A stretch of 64,000 nt of DNA from Candidatus Acidiferrales bacterium (GCA_050746945.1 JBOGMZ010000007.1:118130-182129), one strand, 5' to 3'; shown: positions 31,746-41,088, numbered from the stretch's first letter. Numbers and translations are program-made. Notes: generated from the letters alone by a model not told the origin.

Positions 31746-33143
31746 ATGCCAACCACTGAAAACCCGTCAGCAATTCTCGCGAAGCCGCCGGACCTGGTCG
31801 TGCGTGGCAAACGAGTGGTCACGCCTGAAGGCGAACGCGCCGCGGCGATTCAAATTCGTGGCGGCTTGATTTCAGCAATCTCCGCCTTCGACGATGTTCC
31901 GACGGGCGCTTCGCTGCATGAGGCTGGTGAGTCAGTCGTGATGCCCGGGCTTGTGGACACGCATGTACACATCAACGAACCGGGCCGCACGGAGTGGGAG
32001 GGTTTTTCAACAGCGACGCGCGCGGCTGCCGCGGGCGGCGTCACGACGTTGATCGAAATGCCGCTGAACAGCATTCCCGCGACTACAAGCGCCGGCGCAT
32101 ATCGAGAGAAAATCGCAGCCGCGGCGGGAAAGCTCTGGGTGGACGTGGGATTTTGGGGAGGTGTTGTCCCCGGAAATAATGCCGAACTCCGGCCGTTGTG
32201 GGAAGCCGGCGTATTTGGATTCAAATGCTTTCTCGTTCCGAGCGGCGTCGAGGAATTTGCGCATGTGGGCGAAGCCGATCTTCGCGCGGCTGCGCCGCAA
32301 TTAGCTGCGCTGGGCGCGCCGCTACTGGCGCACGCTGAATTGCCCGGGCCGATTGCGGCGGCCATGAAAAATCTAGCGAAAGCGAGCCCGAGAGCCTACG
32401 CGACGTGGCTGGCATCTCGCCCGCACGAAGCAGAGAACGAAGCGATTGCGCTCCTGATTCGAACCTGTGGCGAATTCGGGGTTCGCACTCACATCGTGCA
32501 CTTGTCATCCTCGGACGCAATTCAGCAGTTGAGGCAGGCGAAGGCAAACGGTCTTGCGGTCAGCGTAGAAACGTGCCCGCACTATCTGACCTTTGACGCA
32601 GAAGAAATCGGCGACGGCGCGACAGAATGTAAATGCGCGCCTCCGATTCGCGAGCGCGAAAATCGGGAAAAGCTCTGGGCTGCGCTCGGCGATGGAACGA
32701 TTGATATGATCGCAACCGACCATTCACCTTGCCCTCCGTCGATGAAACTCGCAGTGGAAGGCGATTTCCTGCACGCATGGGGTGGCATTGCATCCCTGCA
32801 GCTCAGCTTGCCCGCAGTGTGGACGCAGGCAGCCTCGCGCGGATATGCTGTGCCTCGGCTGGCGGAATGGCTCTGCAAAGGTCCCGCGAAATTGGCAGGA
32901 CTCGAGAAACGGAAGGGAACGATCGCCGTGGGTTTCGATGCTGATCTGGCCATCTGGAATCCTGGAGCGAAGTTTACGGTCGAGCCGGCGCAACTTCACC
33001 ATCGCCACAAAGTGACGCCTTATGCTGGGCGCGAGCTCGCGGGCGTGGTGGAGACTACCTTTCTTCGCGGGCGGAAGATTTATGACCGCGGGGAATTTTC
33101 TCCCGGCCCGATTGGGCGCATTCTTCATCGAGGCGGTGCATGA
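31746..33143 (+). CDS. allB: Allantoinase (cyclic amidohydrolase superfamily)
   Basis: 465 aa with GLVDTHVHINEPGRTEWEGFSTATRAAAAGGVTT, typical of allantoinase/dihydroorotase-type amidohydrolases, in a ureide-pathway context. Confidence 0.88.
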   Translation: MPTTENPSAILAKPPDLVVRGKRVVTPEGERAAAIQIRGGLISAISAFDDVPTGASLHEAGESVVMPGLVDTHVHINEPGRTEWEGFSTATRAAAAGGVTTLIEMPLNSIPATTSAGAYREKIAAAAGKLWVDVGFWGGVVPGNNAELRPLWEAGVFGFKCFLVPSGVEEFAHVGEADLRAAAPQLAALGAPLLAHAELPGPIAAAMKNLAKASPRAYATWLASRPHEAENEAIALLIRTCGEFGVRTHIVHLSSSDAIQQLRQAKANGLAVSVETCPHYLTFDAEEIGDGATECKCAPPIRERENREKLWAALGDGTIDMIATDHSPCPPSMKLAVEGDFLHAWGGIASLQLSLPAVWTQAASRGYAVPRLAEWLCKGPAKLAGLEKRKGTIAVGFDADLAIWNPGAKFTVEPAQLHHRHKVTPYAGRELAGVVETTFLRGRKIYDRGEFSPGPIGRILHRGGA

Positions 33144-34666
33144 AGGATTTCACGAAACTGGTGGACCTCGCTTCGGAGCGGCTCGGCGGCAAGGTGCTCG
33201 AAGCCAACGACGAATTCTTTGCTTCCAAAGAAAATCTGCTGAAGGAGTCCAAGCCTATTTTCATCGAAGGGAAGTACACACCACACGGAAAATGGATGGA
33301 CGGTTGGGAGACGCGCCGCCGCCGGACGCCCGGGCACGATTGGTGCGTGATCCGTTTGGGCCTGGCAGGAATCGTCCGGGGCGTGGTGGTGGACACGAGT
33401 CATTTCAAGGGCAATTTCCCTTCGCATTTTTCGCTCGAAGCCTGTGATTTGGGTCCATCCACTTCACACAAAAATGAGAAGAAGCGGCTCGATTCTGCCG
33501 CGACACAATGGATTGAACTCGCGCCGCAAATGGCGCTTCAGGGTGACACGCAGAATTTATTTTCGATCGAACATACGGGCCGACTCACTCACTTGCGATT
33601 GAAAATTTATCCCGACGGCGGCGTTGCTCGCCTGCGCGTTTACGGTGAGGTGGTTTCAGATCCAACGCGCATATCGCGAGGAGAGCTGGATCTCGTCGCA
33701 ATCGAAAACGGCGGCCGGGTTGTTGCATCGAGCGACGAATTCTTCAGCGCGCCACTGAACCTGCTGATGCCAGGCCGTGGAAAAGACATGAGCGACGGTT
33801 GGGAGACTCGGCGCCGGCGCGGCCCGGGACACGATTGGGTGATCCTGAAGCTCGGGATCCCCGGCGTGATTAAGCGCATCGAGGTGGATACTGCGCACTT
33901 CAAAGGAAATTATCCTGATCGTTGCGCGTTGGGAGCATGTTACGTAGAAGGGGCCGCGGCGGGGGATGTGGCGCTGGGTTCTGCGGCATGGAGACTGGTC
34001 TTGCCGGAGAAAAAGCTCAAAGCCAATCACCGTCATATTTTTCGACCGCAGCCGGACGACAAGGCGGCCTCGACTCACGTGCGGTTCAAGATTTATCCGG
34101 ACGGCGGTGTCAGCCGCTTGCGTTTATTCGGGCGCGCGGAACCCGCGCGCGAAAACCGGAATGGAATCGAACGATTCAATCAGCTAGCAGTTGCACAAGC
34201 GCGAAAATCGCTCGTTGATTGCTGCGGGTCAAAGAAATGGGTGGACCAAGTGATTGCCCATCGCCCATTCACTAGCGCCGCGCACCTGATCGTAGTAACC
34301 GAAAAGGCGTGGGGTGCACTCGATCCAAAGGACTGGCTGGAAGCGTTTGGGCATCATCCCGCAATCGGCACGAAGCGCGCGAAGGCTAAACAATCGACAA
34401 CCGCGCGGCAATGGTCTGCCGGGGAACAATCCGCTGCGCAGAAGTCGTCCGCAGATACACTCGCGGGCTTGAAAGAGGCCAATCAGGCGTACCATGCGAA
34501 GTTCGGGCATGTCTTCTTGATTTGCGCGACCGGAAAAACGAGCGAGGAGATTTTGAAACATTTGCACCAACGCCTGACAAACGATTCTGAAACGGAATTG
34601 CGCAACGCCGCGGAAGAGCAGCGCAAAATCACGCGGCTGCGCCTGGAGAAACTCCTCGAATCATGA
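33140..34666 (+). CDS. Bifunctional allantoicase / OHCU decarboxylase fusion protein
   Basis: Two allantoicase repeats, each with DGWETRRRR-PGHDW and DT(S/A)HFKGN(F/Y)P. About 170 C-terminal residues show the OHCU-decarboxylase pattern (WLEAFGHHPAIG...AKFGHVFLICATGKTSEEIL...RLRLEKLL). ATGA overlaps at both ends. Confidence 0.88.
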   Translation: MKDFTKLVDLASERLGGKVLEANDEFFASKENLLKESKPIFIEGKYTPHGKWMDGWETRRRRTPGHDWCVIRLGLAGIVRGVVVDTSHFKGNFPSHFSLEACDLGPSTSHKNEKKRLDSAATQWIELAPQMALQGDTQNLFSIEHTGRLTHLRLKIYPDGGVARLRVYGEVVSDPTRISRGELDLVAIENGGRVVASSDEFFSAPLNLLMPGRGKDMSDGWETRRRRGPGHDWVILKLGIPGVIKRIEVDTAHFKGNYPDRCALGACYVEGAAAGDVALGSAAWRLVLPEKKLKANHRHIFRPQPDDKAASTHVRFKIYPDGGVSRLRLFGRAEPARENRNGIERFNQLAVAQARKSLVDCCGSKKWVDQVIAHRPFTSAAHLIVVTEKAWGALDPKDWLEAFGHHPAIGTKRAKAKQSTTARQWSAGEQSAAQKSSADTLAGLKEANQAYHAKFGHVFLICATGKTSEEILKHLHQRLTNDSETELRNAAEEQRKITRLRLEKLLES

Positions 34667-35004
34667 GCGAGATCACCACACACGTTCTGGATATTTCGAT
34701 TGGCCGCCCCGCTGCGGGCATTTCGGTCACGCTCGAAATTGAAAAAACAGGAGGCGGCTGGAAAGAGCTCAGCCGGGGCGCAACGGACGGCGATGGGCGA
34801 CTGCGACATCTGCTGGCTCCGGGCTCGCTGGTCGAAGGCATCTACCGACTTACGTTCGAGACGCACCAGTATTTTCATCCGCGAAAAATCGAGGGGTTCT
34901 ATCCGCAAGTGAGCATCGTATTTCAAGTGCGGGACGCGAAGCAGAATTACCACGTTCCCCTGCTGCTGAGCCCCTACGGTTATTCCACGTACCGCGGGAG
35001 CTGA
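34663..35004 (+). CDS. uraH: 5-hydroxyisourate hydrolase (transthyretin-like)
   Basis: 113 aa with ITTHVLD at the N-terminus and the diagnostic C-terminal YSTYRGS. Confidence 0.93.
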   Translation: MSEITTHVLDISIGRPAAGISVTLEIEKTGGGWKELSRGATDGDGRLRHLLAPGSLVEGIYRLTFETHQYFHPRKIEGFYPQVSIVFQVRDAKQNYHVPLLLSPYGYSTYRGS

Positions 35005-35007
35005 CGC

Positions 35008-35853
35008 ATGACCATCAAGCTCGGCGAAAACAATTACGGAAAATCACGCGTCCGATTGCTGCGCGTGGTCAGGCAGGAAGGCCGCCACGATATCAAGGAG
35101 CTGACGGTCGGGATCCGGTTTGAAGGGGATTTCGAAACTGCGCATACGAAAGGTGACAACCGCAAAATCCTGCCCACGGACACGATGAAGAACACGGTGT
35201 ATGCGCTTGCGCGGCAATACCCTGTGGAGGCAGTGGAGGATTTTTGCCAGCACCTGATTGAGCATTTCCTGACGTACAACCCGCAGGTTTCACGCGTGAC
35301 GATTGAAGCGGTGGAGAATCTCTGGGCGCGGCTACCGCATGGAGGCAAGCCGCATGCATTCACCTTCACGCGCCCAGGAGCAGAGAAGCGCACAGCAGCC
35401 TTGACCGGCACGCGCGAGGGCACGGTGATCCGCGCCGGCATCGAAGACCTGACCGTGCTCAAGACGACGAAATCAGCGTTCGATGGATTTCTGCGCGATC
35501 CCTACACGACCTTAAAAGAGGACCACAACCGCATCCTTTCCACCACTATTCGCGCGCAATGGCTTTACGAAGGAAGCGAAGCGGAATTCAACCCCCTGTG
35601 GCATGGCGTTCGGCAAATGCTGCTCGAAACGTTCGCCGAACACGACAGCCATTCGCTGCAGCACACTCTTCACGCGATGGGCGAGGCAGTCCTAAACAAT
35701 TTCGATCGCGTCCAAGAAATTCATCTTTCTCTGCCGAATAAGCACTTCAACCTTGTGGACCTCTCGCCCTTCGGAATGGACAATCCCGCGGAAGTATTTT
35801 TGCCCACCGATGAACCGCACGGCTTGATCGAAGCGACGCTGCGCAGGGAATGA
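35008..35853 (+). CDS. uox: Cofactor-independent urate oxidase (uricase)
   Basis: 281 aa with NYGKSRVRLLRV, ILPTDTMKNTVYALA and a tandem T-fold length typical of uricase. Confidence 0.92.
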   Translation: MTIKLGENNYGKSRVRLLRVVRQEGRHDIKELTVGIRFEGDFETAHTKGDNRKILPTDTMKNTVYALARQYPVEAVEDFCQHLIEHFLTYNPQVSRVTIEAVENLWARLPHGGKPHAFTFTRPGAEKRTAALTGTREGTVIRAGIEDLTVLKTTKSAFDGFLRDPYTTLKEDHNRILSTTIRAQWLYEGSEAEFNPLWHGVRQMLLETFAEHDSHSLQHTLHAMGEAVLNNFDRVQEIHLSLPNKHFNLVDLSPFGMDNPAEVFLPTDEPHGLIEATLRRE

Positions 35854-37311
35854 TCAAGAGTTGGATTTTGCTTTGCGGCCATCAAGAATTTTGACGAATG
35901 AGGCGGAGCGGAGCTCAGGGAGCGTCAGGCCGCTGAGCGATTGCGCCTCGTCCGCCGTGATCGCGCCGCAATTGATTGCCCGCAGAAAATAAATCAACAG
36001 CCCTTGCCCTGTGGCTGCGTCATCGAACACTTCGCCGACGAGCGTGGCCTGCGCCGCTTTGTTGATGAAATTGCGCAACCGTTCGGATGCAGCGTCGAGC
36101 CCCTCAAGGAAAAAATAATACACCGCGGCGTAACGCGTGGGTAGCTGCGCCGGGTGCAGATCCCAGCCTTCGTAAAATCCGTTGGCAAGCGAATGAAGAA
36201 TGTGATCGAAGTGTAATTTCCAGGCGGAATGAACGGCAGCACGATTTTCGGCAACCTGTCTGGCAGTGAGGGCGGCTCCATCCGGTGCTGCGCGATGCGG
36301 TGGAACAGGCAGAATGTTGGTAGCGCCATCGGAGAGCCAGACTCCTGTGCCGGCAAGGGCCACCTGCATTACCTCGCGCGCAAAATCGCACGCGAGGTGC
36401 GTATGCGTTTGATAAGCGGCGGTGATGATGCGGCCTGCCGTGTAGTCGTAGGTGCCAAAATGTGCGGCAACGCAACGTCCGCGCGCAGCCGTTACCAGCG
36501 GCAATAAATTCGCCTCGCCACGCTCGTTGAAGATGGATTGCGTCGTTTCGATCATCAATTCGCAACGAAGCGCGCCCGGCTCGAGATCGAGCATCGGTTC
36601 GAGGCGCGAGCAGACGTCCGCGAACGCCGCGACCTCGTCCGGCAGGGTGATCTTTGGAAGCGTGATGAAGAATCCTTTGGGCAGCTCGCCGCGCATTTTC
36701 TCCGCCAATTCCGTGAGGAAGATGTCCATCGTGCGGATGCTGCGCGCGCGCAGCTCTTCTGTGAAGGGCTTAATGCGAATGCCAATGAATGGCGATAATT
36801 GCCCCGCGTTTGCACCCGAAGCGACTTCTGCCGCAGCAGCCGCGGCGTGGCCGTCCTCTTCGTCGTCCGGACGGTTCCCGTAACCATCCTCGAAGTCGAT
36901 GCGAAAATCTTCTACGGGCTCGCGTTTGAGTTTTTCGCGCACGCGCCGGTAGAGAGTATGCGCAAACCACGCCGGCCGGTTTTCCTTCCTGGACTTTTCC
37001 GGTTCTGTTTCCACCCACTTGGCGATTGCGGCGGCAGCTTCAGGCGAATCCGCGAGGCGATCCGCCCCCGGCAGGGCGATCGCTCGCGCGAAAGTGACGA
37101 AATCCGGCGCATAGTCGTCGAGGGAACGCAGGGCAAGCTCGCCGAGGCGCCGCGTAGTATCCGCATGAAATAAATGCGCGCCTCCGTAAACTACATGGAC
37201 CGGCTGGCGCGCGCCAGAGGAGCCCGGATAGCGCTTCTGAAAGGCCGCGTGCGCCGGCTCCAGCCGCGTTGTAATCTCCCGCAGCGATTCCGGGGGAAGA
37301 GTTCTTTTCAT
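35854..37311 (-). CDS. Malate synthase/CitE/HpcH-like TIM-barrel superfamily protein of unknown specificity
   Basis: 485 aa. The ordered motifs RIDFEDGYG, IGIRIKPF, LPKITLPDEV, LMIETTQS and HFGTYDYTAG parallel the DxED / R / PK / IE / G-x-DY catalytic pattern of the malate synthase and citrate lyase beta families. Confidence applies to the CDS, not to a function. Confidence 0.8.
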   Translation of the reverse strand: MKRTLPPESLREITTRLEPAHAAFQKRYPGSSGARQPVHVVYGGAHLFHADTTRRLGELALRSLDDYAPDFVTFARAIALPGADRLADSPEAAAAIAKWVETEPEKSRKENRPAWFAHTLYRRVREKLKREPVEDFRIDFEDGYGNRPDDEEDGHAAAAAAEVASGANAGQLSPFIGIRIKPFTEELRARSIRTMDIFLTELAEKMRGELPKGFFITLPKITLPDEVAAFADVCSRLEPMLDLEPGALRCELMIETTQSIFNERGEANLLPLVTAARGRCVAAHFGTYDYTAGRIITAAYQTHTHLACDFAREVMQVALAGTGVWLSDGATNILPVPPHRAAPDGAALTARQVAENRAAVHSAWKLHFDHILHSLANGFYEGWDLHPAQLPTRYAAVYYFFLEGLDAASERLRNFINKAAQATLVGEVFDDAATGQGLLIYFLRAINCGAITADEAQSLSGLTLPELRSASFVKILDGRKAKSNS

Positions 37312-37492
37312 TGGGTGCCTCGCGCTTTACCACGAATCGGGGTTGTTCGAAAATACGGGACAGGATACAGTTATTTTGTCACGGAACGAAGTCCATTGGG
37401 CACTCCCAGCCGCCTTATGGAGCCGGTAGTGGGCTGCCCGCGTTGTGTGGCTTCCTCCCTGCTGAAAATTTTGAGGTGGTTGAGCCGACGGA

Positions 37493-38488
37493 ATGATCGG
37501 GAAAATTCTTATTGTCGACGACGAGTCCGCAGCGCGAACCGCACTAGAAACATTGCTGCGGCGCGAGGGCTACGACGTCCGCGACGCAAGCGACGGGCCG
37601 GCCGCCCTGGCCGCGTGCTCCACATTTCTTCCTGACCTGATCCTGCTCGACATCCTGATGCCAGGCATGAATGGATTTGAGGTTTGCCGGCGCATCAAAG
37701 CTACACCCGAAACAAGACTCACGCCCGTGGTTCTGATCACCGGTCTCTCGGCAACTGAGGATCGCATCGAAGGGATCAATGCGGGCGCGGACGATTTTCT
37801 GAGCAAGCCGATCGACTTCAACGAACTGCTCGCCCGCACACGTTCGCTGCTCCGTCTGAAGCTCTATACGGACGAACTCGAAAATGCAGAGGCTGTGGTG
37901 TTCACTCTGGCGCAGAGCATTGAAGCGCGCGACCCGTACACGCGGGGCCACTGCGAGCGGCTTGCCGATATGTCGGCCCGTCTGGGCGCGCGGCTTGAAA
38001 TTCCAGAGGAATATATCAAAGCGCTTCGCTGGGCTGGAATCGTGCACGACATCGGAAAGGTGGTCGTGCCGGATTCGATTTTGCTCAAACCGGGGCCGCT
38101 GACGCCGGAAGAAATGGCCGTGATGCGGAAGCATTCCGTCGTCGGCGAGCGCATTTGTGCGCCCCTCAAATCTTTCCGGCCCGTGCTTCCGATCATTCGA
38201 CATCATCACGAGAAGCGCGATGGCTCGGGATATCCGGACGCACTGCGTGGTGAAGAAATTCCCCTCACCGCGCGCATTCTTCAACTCGCCGACGTTTACG
38301 ATGCGCTCACCTCGAATCGCCCGTACCGCACAGCCGTGCCCTCGGAAGAAGCGCTGAAACTCATGGATGAGGAAGCGAAGCTCGGCTGGTGGGATCAGGA
38401 TCTGTTCAGCAAGTTTCGGGACATGATTCGCGACGGCCGAGCCAATTCCAATCCAGAAAACTCTCGCGGGGCCACCAGTAAATCTTGA
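37493..38488 (+). CDS. Response regulator with an HD-GYP domain (probable c-di-GMP phosphodiesterase)
   Basis: REC domain (ILIVDDE, DLILLDILMPGMNG) followed by HD-GYP motifs (HDIGK, HHEKRDGSGYP). No cognate kinase is adjacent. Confidence 0.9.
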   Translation: MIGKILIVDDESAARTALETLLRREGYDVRDASDGPAALAACSTFLPDLILLDILMPGMNGFEVCRRIKATPETRLTPVVLITGLSATEDRIEGINAGADDFLSKPIDFNELLARTRSLLRLKLYTDELENAEAVVFTLAQSIEARDPYTRGHCERLADMSARLGARLEIPEEYIKALRWAGIVHDIGKVVVPDSILLKPGPLTPEEMAVMRKHSVVGERICAPLKSFRPVLPIIRHHHEKRDGSGYPDALRGEEIPLTARILQLADVYDALTSNRPYRTAVPSEEALKLMDEEAKLGWWDQDLFSKFRDMIRDGRANSNPENSRGATSKS

Positions 38489-38498
38489 ATGGTGGGCA

Positions 38499-39326
38499 TC
38501 ACGCCTTGCTCAGGCGGTCCTCTCCAGCGTAGATTACGAATCGACGTCCGCGCAGAAACCCAATTAAAGTCAGCCGCAATTCTCTCGCAAGCTGCACGGC
38601 CAGGCTGGAAGGGGCGGAGACCGACGCGACGACTGGCACACCCGCGACGATCGCTTTCTGCACGATTTCGAACCCGCCGCGCCCGCTGACCAGCAGCACC
38701 GACTGCGCCAGCGGCATACGGCCCTCACGCAGAGCCCACCCGATCACTTTATCCACGGCGTTATGGCGGCCGATGTCCTCTCGGAGCACCAGCAGTTTGC
38801 CGCCGGAGTCGAAAAGCGCCGCCGCATGAAGACCGCCAGTGCGCTCGAAGACGTCTTGTGACGACCGCAGAGCATCCGGCAATCGCAAAAGCAGCTCGGG
38901 CGCGAGGCGAAAATCCGGATTCGGAGCTCGCAGCAAGCGCGAGCGCACCGAATCAATCGAGGCTTTTCCGCAGATGCCGCAGCTTGAAGCAGCGAAGAAG
39001 TGCCGCCTCATTTTATCGAAATCCGGTGCGGCATCCCGGGAAAGCTCCGCTACTACGACATTGCCGCGGTTTTGAGCGCCATCTGCGGCAGCACTTTCGA
39101 GTCTGACGATTTGCTCGCGGCGCTGCACGAGCCCTTCCGTGAACAGAAACCCGGCGGCAAGCTCCAGGTCGTGCCCGGGAGTGCGCATGGTGACGCTGAG
39201 CGGGTGATCACCGATACGGATTTCGAGCGGTTCTTCGCCTGCGAGATAATCGTCCTTGCGGCGCAGCTTTCCATCGTCCCATTCATGGACTTGCGTGAGA
39301 TCAACGCTGCGGGACTTCTTTGGCAA
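38499..39326 (-). CDS. fdhD: FdhD-family sulfurtransferase (formate dehydrogenase accessory protein family)
   Basis: 275 aa with the EEPLEIRI N-terminal region, SSCGICGK cysteine motif and GRHNAVDK. TTG start per track. Confidence 0.88.
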   Translation of the reverse strand: MPKKSRSVDLTQVHEWDDGKLRRKDDYLAGEEPLEIRIGDHPLSVTMRTPGHDLELAAGFLFTEGLVQRREQIVRLESAAADGAQNRGNVVVAELSRDAAPDFDKMRRHFFAASSCGICGKASIDSVRSRLLRAPNPDFRLAPELLLRLPDALRSSQDVFERTGGLHAAALFDSGGKLLVLREDIGRHNAVDKVIGWALREGRMPLAQSVLLVSGRGGFEIVQKAIVAGVPVVASVSAPSSLAVQLARELRLTLIGFLRGRRFVIYAGEDRLSKA

Positions 39327-39404
39327 GTGCGGCGCTCCCGAAACCGGATAACTCTTGGCGAACAGAGTGTCAAGGGTACCGCCAAAAAACGCAACGCGCG
39401 CGCC

Positions 39405-39448
39405 AAAAAACGGGGCTGGCCCGGGCCGATGGAATCGGCCCGAGCCAG
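39405..39448 (-). terminator. Probable intrinsic terminator downstream of the AcpA-like gene
   Basis: On the minus strand: CTGGCTCGGGCCGAT-TCC-ATCGGCCCGGGCCAG (15-bp stem with one G-U pair) followed by CCCCGTTTTTTGG. It lies 45 nt after the stop at 39493. Confidence 0.55.
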
Positions 39449-39492
39449 AGGGCGTTCACTGGTGAGAGGAACTGCGGAGATTAATTCCTCGT

Positions 39493-41088
39493 TTACTCCG
39501 ACTCGACCGCGACGACCTGGCCGGTCAAAGTATCGAGAAAAAGTTTGTCGTGCCGGCGGTGGTTGAAATCGAACATGTTGTCGAGCGGCCCGGCGATCGC
39601 ATCAAACGAGCCGCCCCCAATCCGGCCAAGATCCCAATTGTCTTCGATGAAGCGAAGAATCGAGCTTTGGTCCGTGACGGTGCCGTCAACGAAATTTTTC
39701 TTTGCCCACGGCGAGACCACATTCAAAGGCAGTCTCGGACCGTAGCCGCAGCGTCCCTGGAATCCGCCGAGCGCCTTCGCACCCGTGCCGCAGGCACCTG
39801 GGCCGGTGAGCGCGTCTTCCGAAGTCGCCGACTGGTTGACGATCGGACTCATCTGGTGGTCGTACCATCCATCCGAGTCATCCCAGGAGATGATCACTGC
39901 AATGTCCTTCCATTCCTGGAGCGACTGCAGTTTGTTCAGAGTGTCCACGATGAACACTTGCTCGTCGAGCGGCGTGGAGTTGTTGGCGTGGCCGTCTTGC
40001 GCTCGGTTGGCTTTCAAGAAGCTGACCGCGGGCAGATTACCGGAAAACGCCGCATTCCAGAAATCGCTTAGGTCGTATTGATGATTTGCCTGATCGGTGT
40101 AGCCGATCATGGCCCCGGAAGTCGCCGGCAAATGGTGCGGGTTCGAAGTTGACTTGTAATACTGGAACGGTTCGTGGTGGGGGCTATAAGCATGAACAAC
40201 CGTGCCGTCAAGCCGGCTCGTAGCAGCGTTGCAGATAGCGTTTCCCGTCTTCGGGTCTATACCAGTTGGCTTGAAGCCACCCTGGAACCATCCCCACGAA
40301 ATACCCTTAGCGGTGAGGAGGTCACCCACATTCTTGTTTGTGTTTACCATTCCGACCTGTTCAGAGCCGCTGCAATCATCGTAAAAGGGATCGGGATCAC
40401 CCACCACGCTGTTCGCAATCACATCGGCGCCCGTCCCAATATTGGCGGCCGGGTCAACGCCGTTCGTCTGCCCCGAAACCAGGTTTAGGGCGCCCGGCGT
40501 GGAAGGCCCGAAGGTGGTTCCGTAGGAGTTGTCGCTCATGGCGAAATACTGAGCGTAGTTCCAGAGGGCCGTGACGGTGTTTCCGTCGTAGTAGCCCATC
40601 ACCACGCCGGTGCCAAGCGCGGCCAGATTCGGGAATGTCGTGCATCCGCCGGCAGGCGAGGCGAATTCGGGGAACTTGTCCATGAGCCCATTATCAAAGG
40701 CCTGCTGCTCCGGACCGTAATCGTGGTTCATGTCGCAGGTGTGATTCTGGCTGCGGTCCAGACGGAAGGGCGCAAAGGAATTGGGGTTTTGATCGTGGAG
40801 GCCTTGCGTCAAACCATTCACAGTCGGCGTGTCGGACTTCGCCTGAAGGAAATAGGTTGAGCCGTCGAGGTTGGGCTTTGCGTTCGGATATGTCGCGAAA
40901 TAATGGTCAAAGGAAACGTTTTCCTGGAAGATGACGACCACGTGCTTGATGGGAGTGTTGGAATGGGAATCGTCGTCATCATGCTTGTTGTTGCCGCCAT
41001 TTCCTGCGAATGCGCTGCCCGGGGTCATCATGGCGATGTTGCAAGCCATCACACCGGCCACGAGCCAACGAAGATTCTTCCGTATCAT
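39493..41088 (-). CDS. Secreted phosphoesterase-family protein (AcpA acid phosphatase / non-haemolytic phospholipase C family)
   Basis: Signal peptide MIRKNLRWLVAGVMACNIAMMTPGSAFA. IKHVVVIFQENVSFDHYFATYP is the hallmark N-terminal motif of the AcpA/PlcN family, and the 531-aa length fits the AcpA type. Confidence 0.88.
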   Translation of the reverse strand: MIRKNLRWLVAGVMACNIAMMTPGSAFAGNGGNNKHDDDDSHSNTPIKHVVVIFQENVSFDHYFATYPNAKPNLDGSTYFLQAKSDTPTVNGLTQGLHDQNPNSFAPFRLDRSQNHTCDMNHDYGPEQQAFDNGLMDKFPEFASPAGGCTTFPNLAALGTGVVMGYYDGNTVTALWNYAQYFAMSDNSYGTTFGPSTPGALNLVSGQTNGVDPAANIGTGADVIANSVVGDPDPFYDDCSGSEQVGMVNTNKNVGDLLTAKGISWGWFQGGFKPTGIDPKTGNAICNAATSRLDGTVVHAYSPHHEPFQYYKSTSNPHHLPATSGAMIGYTDQANHQYDLSDFWNAAFSGNLPAVSFLKANRAQDGHANNSTPLDEQVFIVDTLNKLQSLQEWKDIAVIISWDDSDGWYDHQMSPIVNQSATSEDALTGPGACGTGAKALGGFQGRCGYGPRLPLNVVSPWAKKNFVDGTVTDQSSILRFIEDNWDLGRIGGGSFDAIAGPLDNMFDFNHRRHDKLFLDTLTGQVVAVESE

